A stretch of DNA of 64,000 nucleotides from Candidatus Bathyarchaeia archaeon (GTDB taxonomy: Archaea; Thermoproteota; Bathyarchaeia; Bathyarchaeales; Bathycorpusculaceae): NCBI GenBank assembly GCA_050012255.1, contig JBEKHN010000007.1:1-64000 (forward strand), given 5' to 3'. Of the stretch, positions 9,445 to 19,713 are shown one piece after another (the first letter of the stretch is position 1; the number at the start of each line of letters is the position of its first letter). The notes beneath the pieces were generated by a model, which saw nothing but the letters and a program-made list of their open reading frames with translations, had not been told where the DNA came from and made no database searches. Both the position numbers and the translations under genes were made by a program.

Positions 9445-9961
9445 CCCCCTCCTCGTCTTCCCTCTCGTTCTCCTGTTCACTGGCCATTCTTTCCAGCTCA
9501 TCCTGGCTGAAGCCTCCTCTGGGAAGGCGATACAACTTGTTCTGCATGTCATTCTGCCTGTAGTCGATAAGAAATTCCTCGCGATCCTTCGCTGACCATT
9601 TCTTCACGTTGCCTATGCATTCGATCAGGTCCTGCATGAAATTCCAGAAGTGCAGCCTGAAATACCACTCTTCAATCTCGCCGCCTCCAAAAGCCTTAGG
9701 CATCACCGTAGAAAACAATTCTACAGCACGTCTGACAATAATCTCAAGGGCCTTCGAAAATAGCTCCATGTTTTCCACCAGAACATTATCAGGCGGCACA
9801 GCACCGCTATACTCATCGATGATCTCGTAAACTCGTTCAAAGAGACGCTTCTCACTTTCAGACAAGCAGGCCGGATCAATCCTCGTGCTGCTCTGCACCG
9901 AACTATCCATCATCCTGCCAGCAAGACCGCCCAAACGCCTTTTCAATTCCCAGCTTCTCAA
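9428..9961 (-). CDS. Hypothetical protein (element-associated)
   Basis: Overlap-coupled between the HTH gene and the ParB fusion. Confidence 0.65.
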   Translation of the reverse strand: MRSWELKRRLGGLAGRMMDSSVQSSTRIDPACLSESEKRLFERVYEIIDEYSGAVPPDNVLVENMELFSKALEIIVRRAVELFSTVMPKAFGGGEIEEWYFRLHFWNFMQDLIECIGNVKKWSAKDREEFLIDYRQNDMQNKLYRLPRGGFSQDELERMASEQENEREDEEGDEDSG

Positions 9962-10350
9962 GACACAAACACTCCTCTCTTCGCTTTGTCCTCCAACACC
10001 TTCAAACGACCAAGAACCTCGGGCAAAACAGCCGTTTCAAAGAGCGCAGCGTTAGCCTTCAACATGACATTCAACGCGCCAAGCTGACACGCTTCCTCAG
10101 CAGCTGTCAAAAGCCGAATGCTCGCTTGACGATAAATCTGCTCATAACGGTTAACCACCTTGAATAATATGCCCTGAGCACCGACAAGGCTCTGCACGAC
10201 AGGCTGCCAGCCTTCCCTAGTTTCAAAGTCATTGTACACGGTCCGCTTGGAACATGCGAATTTCTGGCTCAATTCCTTCACAACCTCAGCCTGAGAAAAA
10301 CCCAAACCTTCAAGCTTTAGCAATTCCAAGCGCCTAGAAACCACATCCAC
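9958..10350 (-). CDS. HTH protein, terminase small subunit-like
   Basis: RRLELLKL...GFSQAEVVKELSQKFACSKRTVYNDF HTH followed by a helical region. Confidence 0.6.
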   Translation of the reverse strand: MDVVSRRLELLKLEGLGFSQAEVVKELSQKFACSKRTVYNDFETREGWQPVVQSLVGAQGILFKVVNRYEQIYRQASIRLLTAAEEACQLGALNVMLKANAALFETAVLPEVLGRLKVLEDKAKRGVFVS

Positions 10351-10379
10351 GCTCGCTTACCCCCTTAAATTGCAGCTTT

Positions 10380-10460
10380 TCTGCAGCAGAATGAAGCCCA
10401 GTGCTAACAGCTTCCAACATCTCAGCACGCCTCTTCAACAGCCTGATGTTCAAGGTATCC
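10380..10460 (-). pseudogene. N-terminal fragment of a paralogous HTH protein
   Basis: LNIRLLKRRAEMLEAVSTGLH parallels VVSRRLELLKLEGLGFS, then the similarity stops. Confidence 0.35.
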
Positions 10461-10699
10461 CACTTTTTTTGCTCAAACCTGAGCAATACTACGAGGCTTC
10501 CAACGCTTGCCTTGTCTCCCACACCTTGGAGAAAATAGACACCATCAAACACTACAGCTTATGAGCTGGTAAAGACACCTGAATAGAAACAGACACCAAA
10601 TAGCAAACAGTCTTTTCACCTAAAAAATCTTTTTATCAAGACCCACAAAGAAACATGGGGGATTGCGGGAGAAAAGTCGGGAAAGACTCGACAACAATA

Positions 10700-10900
10700 G
10701 CGCGCGCGGTTTATAACGCGAACGACGACGACAAAACATGCGACGACTGCAACAGTTTAGACGGACACACGTTTGATGTGGAAGATATTTCAGAGTTCAG
10801 CGAGATTTTTCCGTACGGACAAGCTGAGGGTGACGACCTGTTTCGGCCTAACCTACATCATCGTTGTCGCTGCCTACTTATCCTCATTGAAACGTACTGG
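10700..10900 (+). pseudogene. Phage Mu gpF-like minor head protein fragment
   Basis: DDKTCDDCNSLDGHTF...PNLHHRCRC signature; N-terminus missing. Confidence 0.65.
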
Positions 10901-11441
10901 ACAAGCCTAGGCTTTTTCGCGCAGAAACCCATCTTCCCTGAAGGGTCCTGTGGCGCCGTTAGGAGTCATGACTCTTATTTGCTGCCCCCTCTGAAACCAG
11001 ACTTTTCTGTCCGCTTCCAAGACTTCCATTCATTGTGTACCGCGGCATAATGTTGAACTTTCCCAAGGGGGAATTCCCTAGGGGCCTTGCTTCTTATGGA
11101 AATCGAGGGGGAACGAGCCAAACAAAGAGAGATTGAAGCTGGAAAAGTCGGAAGAGATAAGCAATTGGGGGTAGGTTCATTTGAACCCTACGACAAGTGG
11201 AGACATCTCCCGAACAACGAAATTGGATTGCCGAGTTCCTCTTCCGCCTTATCCAAGCTATACAGCAAAAAACTAACTTATAAGAATTGTTTCGCTCGGT
11301 TCTGATTCATATTCGGGAGCCCTAGAAAACTGATTCACGCGGGAGCTACGACATGGAGTATGTACTATAAGGACTGATGGAACGGTACTGTTAAGTTAAG
11401 TTACCTAAAAAAAGAGGGTTATCAAGGGTATTTCACCTAGG

Positions 11442-11624
11442 CTATTTCTTTTCGCGTTTGAAGTATGCAATTACATCAAGGCTCTTTTCTACCTTGAGAA
11501 CGACTGTTGATACCAGTTCCCATCCTTCAGAACCGAGTTGGTCCAACATATCTTTTTGGTCAGATTTTCCTATTCGTTTCAAATCTGTAATTATGGGGAT
11601 TGCAGCATATTCCCATTTTGCCAT
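11442..11624 (-). CDS. DUF4177-like small protein
   Basis: MAKWEY...LDQLGSEGWELVS...YFKR; SD GAGGTG. Confidence 0.85.
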   Translation of the reverse strand: MAKWEYAAIPIITDLKRIGKSDQKDMLDQLGSEGWELVSTVVLKVEKSLDVIAYFKREKK

Positions 11625-12103
11625 AACCTCACCTCAATCCTGTAGATTAAAGAATCTGAAAGAAAAGTCTTTACTGAGAGCGGGTACTGTTGCCCTAATG
11701 TAGTTTTGCTAAAAAGGGCTCTATGCACAATTCCGATTTTTCTATTGGTGAATGTAAACTTGCCCTATTATAGAAGGTACACGAAATACAAGAAGCGACA
11801 AGCTCAAAGCGCGCGCGTGGCGAAGTTAGTAGATCTTAATCCTGGGAACACAGACGATCACCACAACAGGAACTGTCTCAGGCTTTCCCTTCCAGGGAAA
11901 CGACACGATGCGAGTAATATCTCCTTAACTTCCCTTTTTTTGTATGACGATTTAGAGAGCTTGTGCTCTGGCCGTCCGTTTATAAAACTTATCGAGTTTT
12001 CTTCTATAATCCAGCTCTATGGCGCACGCGCTAATTTAAAAGTGTTCTCGGAAACTTGAGAGTTATGTGTGTTGGTTCTGTTAACTGAGGGTCTTAAGAG
12101 AGC

Positions 12104-12274
12104 CTTGCCCAAGTGCTGTTCAAAAACGAACAAGAATACGTGACAAAGGTAGCTCACAACGTTAACGAAGCCTGCGCTCTCATCGAAGACGGATTGAAGT
12201 ACAATACGGGTGAATATGCTGACGGGGGCAAGATCTTCGCAAAACCCAAGGATCCTTTGGCTTCTGATCAGTAA
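12104..12274 (+). pseudogene. C-terminal remnant of a second integrase
   Basis: LAQVLFKNEQEYVTKVAHNVNEACALIEDGLKYNTGEYADGGKIFAKPK resembles Bathyarchaeia-type integrase tails; no start; next to a tRNA fragment. Confidence 0.6.
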
Positions 12275-12311
12275 ACGTTGATTTCAGGACCCTCGTCATC
12301 TTTCAACATAC

Positions 12312-12339
12312 TGGTGCGGGGGGTGGGATTTGAACCTAC
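12312..12339 (-). repeat. tRNA-Leu 3'-end fragment (att-like scar)
   Basis: Reverse complement GTAGGTTCAAATCCCACCCCCCGCACCA (T-arm, acceptor, CCA); no 5' half. Confidence 0.8.
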
Positions 12340-12560
12340 CCTTGAATTTGACAGTAAGGCTCGTGATATTGTTGCTCGCCAGATCGGATTGAGTTCCACA
12401 ACCTTTCAGCGTGCCCCTCTACACGTCGGACCAGGGCCCGTAAGAGTCATGACTCCTAACGAGGAAAAGCAGAAAAAAGGGGGGTTCTGCGGGAGATGTC
12501 TCCACAAGCTCACGTTTAAATACTTAAACTCGAATAGATTCGCGAAAGGAGAACGTTTCC

Positions 12561-12677
12561 ATGGACATAGGAGCATACTTTGAAATAATCAAGTATATGC
12601 TCATGACGGCGACGTTCGTTGTCCTCGTTCTGGTATTCTTAGACATATTCTACGGCAAAGAAGAGAAGCGGGAATAA
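12561..12677 (+). CDS. 38-aa single-TM small protein
   Basis: MDIGAYFEIIKYMLMTATFVVLVLVFLDIFYGKEEKRE; upstream TTTAAATA and AAGGAG. Confidence 0.5.
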   Translation: MDIGAYFEIIKYMLMTATFVVLVLVFLDIFYGKEEKRE

Positions 12678-12699
12678 ACGGCCTCTTTGTTCATCCCCT

Positions 12700-12994
12700 T
12701 GCGGGTCAAGAGAAAGACAATGATACTTAATGCTGCAAGCACTATTGCAAACAAAATCAGCTAAGCTGCTTCTGGACCTGCCCCGAAAACTATGGGGATC
12801 GGCGCGATAAATATGACTCCACTATAGCTTGCTGAGCCGCGTGAAGCAAGCGTTGCAACTGCGAGAATTACGATGCCTAGAAGAACGATGAAAAGGCCCA
12901 ACATGAACAGGACTAACACTCTTGACACTCTTGCCGACTTGTTGTTCACGTGAAACATGACTCTTTCTGTGACCAGCATGCAGTCCCAACTCAT
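12700..12994 (-). pseudogene. DUF131/TIGR00304 membrane protein with in-frame TAG and probable frameshift
   Basis: IFIAPIPIVFGAGPEAA*LILFAIVLAALSIIVF; the TM helix continues past TAG 12761-12763. Confidence 0.65.
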
Positions 12995-13254
12995 CTGGAC
13001 ATGAAGTGGATTACAACTGTCAGCATTATAAGAAGCACCGTCAACGCTATGGCCAACAGCAAGACCGTTCTAAGCGACTCTTTGTCGGTGCCGAAGACTA
13101 TTGGTACAGGACCTATTATTATTGCGCCGCCTCCCCTGGCCTTTCCTTTCCCCTTAACATTCGAGAAAAGCATGAGAAGAGTGGCAATCACCATTATTAT
13201 CACTCCGACAAGTATCAAAGTTGACCCTAAACCGTAGAGTGTCCCCGTATCCAT
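12991..13254 (-). CDS. DUF131/TIGR00304 membrane protein
   Basis: GGGAIIIGPVPIVFGTD signature. Confidence 0.88.
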   Translation of the reverse strand: MDTGTLYGLGSTLILVGVIIMVIATLLMLFSNVKGKGKARGGGAIIIGPVPIVFGTDKESLRTVLLLAIALTVLLIMLTVVIHFMSR

Positions 13255-13353
13255 TTTGGTGTTGCAGCCCCTTACACGTTGAAAATCGTCAATGGCTTTT
13301 AATAAGTCTTTCAGCATCACTTGTCTGTCAGCCTGAGCTATGCTGGAACTGAA

Positions 13354-14517
13354 ATGAAGACCGAGGAGATCATCAGACAGATCCGCGCGGCATGTCCATG
13401 GATTTCAACAGACCAAATTCTAAATAGACTTGACAAAGAAAAGCGGAAAACTGGCGGCTTCATTTCAGACGAAACCCTTCTGAGCATGATTGCCGCCGAG
13501 TTCGGCTGCGCGAGCCCAAAGGGTGAGAACCCTGTGCCTTCGCTGTCGCTGGCAGACCTGATTCCTGGTCTAAATAATGTCACCGCTGTTGGACGCGTTC
13601 TGGCAACCTTCCCTCCTAAAGCCTTTGAGGGAACAAGAAAAGGAAAGTTTGCGAGCCTGCTCATCGCTGACAAGAGCTGCATCTTGCGAGTTGTTTTGTG
13701 GAACGATAAAGCGAGCCTAATTGAGTCCGGCGGAATAAGTGCAGGTCAGGTTGTGCGGTTTTCTCACGGGTACACACGAGAAGACCTCAGCAGAAAAGTA
13801 GAACTGCACGTTGGAGACAGATGCGAGGTTGAGGTTAACCCACAAGGGTTGGAAACGAAGGATTACCCCGGCATCGGGAAATTTGTGACGACAATCGGGG
13901 AACTGAACGCAAGCCACAAGAACAAGAGAATAAACATCATCGGCACGGTCAAGAAGACGTTTCCTGCGTCAAGTTTTAAGAAGGGAGATTCAAGTCAGGG
14001 AAGAATAATGCGTTTCGTGCTAAGCGGTCAAACCGGTGAGATCCCAGTCGTGGCTTGGAACGAAAAGGCTGTTGAACTAGAAAAAACGCTTCTGGTCGGC
14101 GCCAGACTGAAAATAGTGAATGCAAAGGTCAAAAAAGCCCTAGGAAGAGAAGGGCTAGAAGTTCACGTTGACGCTGCAACTCACGCGGGTCCACTGGCGC
14201 AGGATGAGGAGCTCTTAAGCATAGCCGACCTGAAAGATGGCCAGAGCGGTTTTGCAGTTGAAGGGGAAGTCGCCACGAAACCCACGCTCAGAGATGTAAA
14301 AACTGCTAAGGGAGAACTTCTGAAACTGGCAACGTTCGAACTCAAGGATGAAACTGGCAGAATATGTGTCTCCGCATGGCGAAAACAAGCAGACATCGCT
14401 GGTCGCCTCAAGCTCGGTGACAAGATAATCGTCAAAGACGCCTACGCAAAAAAGGGGTTCAGCGACCAACTCGAAATATCAACGAGAACCCACACATCCA
14501 TTACTATCCTTCAATGA
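13354..14517 (+). CDS. Replication protein A-like multi-OB-fold ssDNA-binding protein
   Basis: Three OB folds (DKSCILRVVLW, GQTGEIPVVAW, DETGRICVSAW) after a short N-terminal domain. Confidence 0.85.
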   Translation: MKTEEIIRQIRAACPWISTDQILNRLDKEKRKTGGFISDETLLSMIAAEFGCASPKGENPVPSLSLADLIPGLNNVTAVGRVLATFPPKAFEGTRKGKFASLLIADKSCILRVVLWNDKASLIESGGISAGQVVRFSHGYTREDLSRKVELHVGDRCEVEVNPQGLETKDYPGIGKFVTTIGELNASHKNKRINIIGTVKKTFPASSFKKGDSSQGRIMRFVLSGQTGEIPVVAWNEKAVELEKTLLVGARLKIVNAKVKKALGREGLEVHVDAATHAGPLAQDEELLSIADLKDGQSGFAVEGEVATKPTLRDVKTAKGELLKLATFELKDETGRICVSAWRKQADIAGRLKLGDKIIVKDAYAKKGFSDQLEISTRTHTSITILQ

Positions 14518-14545
14518 CACCGACTTTGGTGGCGGCGTGCTCTTA

Positions 14546-14562
14546 GTGGTGCCGAGGGCGGG
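14546..14562 (-). repeat. 17-bp copy (16/17) of the tRNA-Met 3' end; candidate distal att of the gas vesicle island
   Basis: GTGGTGCCGAGGGCGGG vs GTGGTGCCGGGGGCGGG at 32507-32523, same orientation. Confidence 0.65.
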
Positions 14563-14721
14563 CAGCGCGCGCCAAGTCCAGCTGATCATGCTTCATCCAT
14601 CCTATTACAACATAGTTCGTTTCAGCGATGACCCACGCGACTTGCCAAGCGTCCCATCCATTCCAATCTTTCTGAAAAAATTGAAGCGGGTTGTAAGGAA
14701 TTTTGCAGACTGCGCGCGCGC

Positions 14722-14744
14722 TTCAAATCCCCGCGACCGCGCCA
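14722..14744 (+). repeat. tRNA-Gly-like 3'-end fragment
   Basis: TTCAAATCCCCGCGACCGCGCCA (T-loop plus acceptor strand complementary to GCGGTCG). Confidence 0.5.
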
Positions 14745-14941
14745 GATTTTAGCATACACGCCTCAAAAACCACCCTGATATTTCAGAGTGGAACCTCAGG
14801 ATTCTTCAAGGGGACCTAAGAGGGAAAAGAGAACAGTTTGATAGGCTTCAAACGCTCGTCTTGGTAAAGGGCTTGAATGAATAACCCGAAAAGCGCACGC
14901 ATACAGAATGTGACACGGTGGTGTGCTGTGAAATCATCGGT

Positions 14942-15706
14942 CTAAGCATCTTTCTTTCCAGAACGCTTTGCCTTGACTAGCTTGATTTCCAAGATACCGT
15001 TCCTGAACTTTGATTCAGCAGGGTTCTTCTTGACAGATGTCGGAAGTTTCACTTCTTTATAGTACTTTCTTGCAGAAGTGTCAGCCCTTATCGTTAAGAG
15101 ATCGTTCTCTACTTCCAGTTTTACCTTGTTTTCTTCTATACCAGGCAGTTCAGCCATGACATTCACGAAGTCCCCGTCTTCGAAGACATCAACCATTGGT
15201 TCTCTCTCCTTTATTGGAGTCTGAGGAATCTGCGTAGGCGCAGAAGAAATCTTGCTCTGAGGCTTACTTATCTTTATTCTGTCTGCCACAGGTGCCGCAG
15301 ACCCTTTTATCGGACGAGAAGTCACGCGGAAGTTGACTTCCCCTGTTTTTCCAAGTTCGATTCTTTTTTGATATGTCTCAGATTTTTCCGCTAGTTTGCT
15401 TAAATCATTGATTAATCCAACGAATCCTTGACCCTTCGGTTTTCCGCCCCGGCTCTTCTCCGATGTGCCAAAAATGCCGAAACCAACGTCAAGCAGACCT
15501 GAGACATTCTCGATGACCTTGCCTAGATCTCCTTCGCCAGTTTTCTCTTCTCGGATTTGAGCTCCCATCTTTTCCATTTTTTCTTTTAACTGTTCAATTT
15601 CTTTTCTTTTTTGTTCAATCTCTGCCTTGAGCGCTTCTAAATCTTTTTTAGGTTCGGTTTTTTCCATTTTTTCTTTTTTGGTCGTTTTTTCACCTCCTTT
15701 GTTCAC
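14942..15706 (-). CDS. Hsp20/alpha-crystallin protein with N-terminal coiled coil
   Basis: REPMVDVFED...AELPGI...KYYKEVKLP...FRNGILEIKL. Confidence 0.88.
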   Translation of the reverse strand: MNKGGEKTTKKEKMEKTEPKKDLEALKAEIEQKRKEIEQLKEKMEKMGAQIREEKTGEGDLGKVIENVSGLLDVGFGIFGTSEKSRGGKPKGQGFVGLINDLSKLAEKSETYQKRIELGKTGEVNFRVTSRPIKGSAAPVADRIKISKPQSKISSAPTQIPQTPIKEREPMVDVFEDGDFVNVMAELPGIEENKVKLEVENDLLTIRADTSARKYYKEVKLPTSVKKNPAESKFRNGILEIKLVKAKRSGKKDA

Positions 15707-16682
15707 TGGTTGCTTGCAGCCTTTCCTCCATGGCTAGGTAATCTTCCGGCGTCGCAAAATATCTGGCCTTGAGCGGGGGGGTCTTTTCCAAAGCGATTTT
15801 CACGCCCTCAATCCAATGTTTGTCTAGAACGGCCTTTGCGAGTGGGTAGCCTAAGTAATATGAGAGCCCTTTGATTATCTGGGAGCATTTGAAGAGCTCT
15901 TCGACCAAGTTCTCCGCATTTGCTTCTCGGTTTCGAGACCCTTCGCATGGCAGGGACATTTCGGCTTTTTTTGCCCCTTCTGTGCTTCTTCTGCTTTCGA
16001 GGGCAAAGAGAAGCTTTACACATTTTGCATGCCCTATCAGCAGTTCTTTTTCTAGCGACGCCGTGTCTGATGCATACCCTGTGTTGCGCAGGGTTCGGAG
16101 AGCTATCGCCTCGCAGCACCCTTCTTTGAAGACGCTTTTGAAAACGGTATCTATATACATGTCCAAATATTCCTGGAAAATCTTTGTGCTTTTAGTTCTT
16201 TTTGCTTCGACGTATTTCTTGATGAGAGCTTGGGCGGGTACTTCAGGAGGCTTCGAAAGATAAGTGGATAGAAGTTTCTCCGATAGCTCGTGTGTGCATA
16301 TGGGAATTACTCTTTCTGGGTGGTTTGCTATGACATTTTCATTCATGTACAGAATCTCGTCTTTCGGGTTATAGAAAGCGAAGTTTTCGAAAAATCCTTC
16401 TAACTGGTTCTTTGAAAGGCTGACGGAGATCTGTTTCATGTCGTCGTTGCTGTACGCTACGCCGCTTTCCTTGAGATCGCTCCACATGCGTTTGGCTAAT
16501 TGCTTAAGGAGTTCGGGTTGCTTCATTATCTTAATGTCTTTGAAGTACGCGAAATCGACGCCGAATAATTCCACCATTTTTACATGGATTTTCCAGAGTG
16601 TTTGACTGATCCATTCTTTTGTATATTCTACATCTCCTTGAGACTTCAAACCTTGAATCTCTTTAGCCGTCAGTTTTTTCAT
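15690..16682 (-). CDS. Zincin-like protein with atypical HELSE motif
   Basis: AFYNP..., THELSE, KEGCCE, SYYLGY...PEDY; overlaps cdc48 and hsp20. Confidence 0.5.
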   Translation of the reverse strand: MKKLTAKEIQGLKSQGDVEYTKEWISQTLWKIHVKMVELFGVDFAYFKDIKIMKQPELLKQLAKRMWSDLKESGVAYSNDDMKQISVSLSKNQLEGFFENFAFYNPKDEILYMNENVIANHPERVIPICTHELSEKLLSTYLSKPPEVPAQALIKKYVEAKRTKSTKIFQEYLDMYIDTVFKSVFKEGCCEAIALRTLRNTGYASDTASLEKELLIGHAKCVKLLFALESRRSTEGAKKAEMSLPCEGSRNREANAENLVEELFKCSQIIKGLSYYLGYPLAKAVLDKHWIEGVKIALEKTPPLKARYFATPEDYLAMEERLQATSEQRR

Positions 16683-18874
16683 GGGAACGGTTCTTCCTGA
16701 TTCTTGTCAACTGATTTTTTGCGTTCCTTTGTTCTCTTGATTGCTTCTCGGAAGTCCTCCATAGTCACTTCAAGCTTGGAGTGTTTTCGTTTGTCTTCAT
16801 CTTGTTCTGTGTTATTGCCTATGTATCTTCTGATGGCCAGCATTACGGCCTCTCTGCAGGTCCCTTCTATGTCAGCCCCCGTGTATCCTTCGGTTTCTGC
16901 AACCAATTTCTCAAGAGAAACGCTCTTGGCGAGAGAACTCCTCTTGGTGTAAATCCTGAAGATTTCCGCTCTCGCCTTTTCGTCTGGGGTTGGGATTGAA
17001 AGAAGATAGTCAAATCTTCCCGCTCTCAGCAGTGCTGGGTCAATTAGATCCATTCGGTTTGTTGCGGCTAAAATAATTACTCCGTGAAGTTCCTCCAGCC
17101 CGTCCATTTCCGTTAGAAGTTGGCTTATTACTCTCTCTGAAACATGCGAGTCTGTAATTCCGCTTCCACGTCTAGGCGTCATAGAGTCTATTTCATCAAA
17201 GAAGATTATGCACGGTGCGGTTTGTTTTGCTTTCCGAAAGGTTTCCCTTATGCCTTTCTCCGACTCGCCCACGAATTTGCTCATGAGCGAGGGCCCCTTA
17301 ACGTGAATGAAGTTAGCCTCGCTTTCCTTTGCCACGGCTTTGGCCAACAGAGTTTTTCCAGCTCCAGGAGGCCCGTATAACAATATGCCTTTCGGGGGCT
17401 TCGCCCCCATTTTTTCAAAGATGTCAGCGTATTTCAATGGCCATTCAATGGCTTCCATTAGGGCTTGTTTCACTTCTTCTAGCCCTCCAACGTCTCTCCA
17501 TCCGACGTTGGGTGTTTCGATCAATACTTCCCTTAGGGCGGAGGGCTCTACAAAACGCAGGGCATCCAGAAAATCTTCCATCGTTACTACAAGTTTGTTA
17601 AGAACTTCTGTCGGGATAAACTCTGCTTCGAAGTCAATCTCGGGCAGAACTCTCCGCAAGGCTTTCATGGCTGCCTCTTTGCATAATCCTGATATGTCAG
17701 CACCAGTGAAGCCATGAGTCACGTCGCCGAGTCTTCGCAAGTTGACGTCTTCGGTTAGCGGCATACCCCTCGTGTGAATTTGAAGAATCTCGAATCGTCC
17801 TTCCCTGTTGGGTATCCCTATTTCTATTTCCCGGTCGAATCTCCCTGATCTTCTAAGAGCTGGGTCAATGGCATTAGGTCGATTTGTCGCTCCAATAATC
17901 ATCACCTGTCCTCTAGGTTCTAGTCCATCCATCAGAGCTAGCAATTGGGAAACCACTCGCTTCTCAACTTCTCCCGTAACCTCTTCTCTCTTGGGTGCTA
18001 TGGCATCGATTTCGTCAATGAATATGATGCACGGCTTGTTTTGCGCGGCTTCATTGAAGATTTCCCTCAGGCGGGCCTCAGATTCTCCGTAGTATTTACC
18101 GTGGATTTCGGCGCCGCTGAGGCTGATGAAAGTTGCGAAAGTTTCGTTCGCGACGGCTTTTGCAATGAGGGTTTTTCCTGTGCCTGGTGGCCCGTGCAGC
18201 AAGACGCCTTTGGGTGGTTCTATACCTAGTCGGTCAAAGACCTCTGGGTGTCGAAGCGGAAGCTCTATCATCTCCCTTATTCTCTGAGTCTGTTCGCGAA
18301 GGCCGCCAATGTCTTCGTATGTGATCGCTGCTCTTCTTCCTGTTTCCGCGGCCTTTTCTTGTATCATCATTTTCGTGGTAGGGTAAACTATAACAGCCAT
18401 ATTCTTCGGTTTCAATTGTGCTACGACGAAAGAGGCACTTGTCCCGAGAAAACTAAGTCTGACTTGGTCTCCTTCAGTCAGCGGCAAACCTTCCAAAAGC
18501 TTCCTCGCATGCTCTTCGTACGTCTTCTCTCTAGGCCAAGACTGAGTTTTGTCCAAAGGTGCGAGAACAACGCTTTCGGCCTTTTCAGCAACAACCTTCT
18601 CGATGTGAACCTTGTCGTCAATTCCAATAAGTGCGTTGTTTCTGGCTATCCCGTCGATCTGGATGATACCTTTTCCCCGGTTTTCCGGGTATGCTGGCAT
18701 AACCTTGGCAGCGGTTCTTTTCTTTCCAGTAATCATGATAACGTCCCCTGTTTCAGCCTTGATTTTCGCTAGATCTTCAGGGTCGACTCTAGCTATACCC
18801 CTGCCGAAGTCTCTTTGCGCGGCTTCAGCCACACGAAGCGTTAAGATATTCGATTTTTGTGTGTGTTCTGTCAT
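16679..18874 (-). CDS. cdc48: Cdc48/VAT AAA+ ATPase
   Basis: N domain [11 protein letters not shown]; two AAA modules ([32 protein letters not shown]). Confidence 0.96.
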   Translation of the reverse strand: MTEHTQKSNILTLRVAEAAQRDFGRGIARVDPEDLAKIKAETGDVIMITGKKRTAAKVMPAYPENRGKGIIQIDGIARNNALIGIDDKVHIEKVVAEKAESVVLAPLDKTQSWPREKTYEEHARKLLEGLPLTEGDQVRLSFLGTSASFVVAQLKPKNMAVIVYPTTKMMIQEKAAETGRRAAITYEDIGGLREQTQRIREMIELPLRHPEVFDRLGIEPPKGVLLHGPPGTGKTLIAKAVANETFATFISLSGAEIHGKYYGESEARLREIFNEAAQNKPCIIFIDEIDAIAPKREEVTGEVEKRVVSQLLALMDGLEPRGQVMIIGATNRPNAIDPALRRSGRFDREIEIGIPNREGRFEILQIHTRGMPLTEDVNLRRLGDVTHGFTGADISGLCKEAAMKALRRVLPEIDFEAEFIPTEVLNKLVVTMEDFLDALRFVEPSALREVLIETPNVGWRDVGGLEEVKQALMEAIEWPLKYADIFEKMGAKPPKGILLYGPPGAGKTLLAKAVAKESEANFIHVKGPSLMSKFVGESEKGIRETFRKAKQTAPCIIFFDEIDSMTPRRGSGITDSHVSERVISQLLTEMDGLEELHGVIILAATNRMDLIDPALLRAGRFDYLLSIPTPDEKARAEIFRIYTKRSSLAKSVSLEKLVAETEGYTGADIEGTCREAVMLAIRRYIGNNTEQDEDKRKHSKLEVTMEDFREAIKRTKERKKSVDKNQEEPFP

Positions 18875-18958
18875 GCGCCCACCCTTCTTCAATTGGACGT
18901 AAATAATTCTTTGTTTATACCAAGAGGTGCCAACGCATAAATATTATTATTGGCTTGG

Positions 18959-19531
18959 TTACACTTTTTCGCACAGTTTTTTCAATCTAAGCTGCAGAAT
19001 GTTATTTCTGTAGGTTAACTCAGCTGCGTCTTTATCGATGCGGGTTGGAAGTCTGACTATCTTAAGATACTTCTTCGCCGCATTCTCCGCCGTTATGGTT
19101 ACAGAGTCTTCATCTGCCTTTATATTCACGTCTTTCTCATCTACGCCAGGTAGCTCTGTCAAAACTGTCAAGTAGTTTTCTTCTTCAAAAACGTCGATTG
19201 TTGGCTGTCTCTCGTCTGTCAAACTGGGTATATGATGAAGCAACGCCAAGCTTTGCGTTGCCCCTGGTCGTTTTAATCTTCTTGCGGCGTTAAAAGAGCC
19301 TCTCAATGTCATCGTACTGAAGGAAACTGCTTTCCTCGTGGCGTGCGTCTGAGGGACATAGGCTTGTTCAAAGCGAACGAAGTGTCTGCAACCTTGGCAA
19401 TGGCCTATGTTGACTCTGTCTCTTTTGGTGCTCCTAATCGAAGGACAGAAAACCCATTCAGCCCCCGCGATACCTCTAACCAAGAGCTTGTTCTTTCCTC
19501 TTCCGAGAGTTGCTTTACAAGTCAGCCACAT
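18959..19531 (-). CDS. Hsp20 domain protein with Cys-rich N-terminus
   Basis: FCPS...CQGCRHF, then PTIDVFEE...ELPGV...YRNNILQLRL. Confidence 0.8.
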   Translation of the reverse strand: MWLTCKATLGRGKNKLLVRGIAGAEWVFCPSIRSTKRDRVNIGHCQGCRHFVRFEQAYVPQTHATRKAVSFSTMTLRGSFNAARRLKRPGATQSLALLHHIPSLTDERQPTIDVFEEENYLTVLTELPGVDEKDVNIKADEDSVTITAENAAKKYLKIVRLPTRIDKDAAELTYRNNILQLRLKKLCEKV

Positions 19532-19633
19532 TTAACATTCACGTGTGATAGGTATAGATTTAAGAGAATGTGTATAAACCATATTTCACAATTTGGCATA
19601 TTCCGTGGGTCATAGTGCACTTTTGTATCGTTT

Positions 19634-19678
19634 TTCGATACGAAGCCAGTTACGCTCCATTGAATATATCTTAAATAG
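19634..19678 (+). promoter_or_regulatory. Promoter copy 1 (TTCGATACGAA palindrome plus BRE/TATA)
   Basis: 41/45 identical to 20652-20696. Confidence 0.8.
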
Positions 19679-19713
19679 TAAGACACTATAAAAAGTCGAA
19701 AAGAGGATTAAAA

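Larger units (their letters stand above)
1..12340. mobile_element. Degraded integrated element/provirus region (left end outside window; may be several nested elements)
   Basis: Integrase at left; defence genes; ParB fusion; terminase-small-like HTH; Mu gpF-like fragment; second integrase tail and tRNA-Leu 3' fragment at 12104-12339. Confidence 0.7.

Noticed and set aside
11050-12060. ORFs 11087-11305 and 11706-12059 and an imperfect palindrome near 11060-11085
   Set aside because: No recognisable motifs or translation signals; probably element debris
14546-14800. A single multi-intron tRNA-Phe-like gene on the minus strand
   Set aside because: No matching anticodon stem, D-arm or 5' acceptor could be assembled; two separate 3' fragments explain it better
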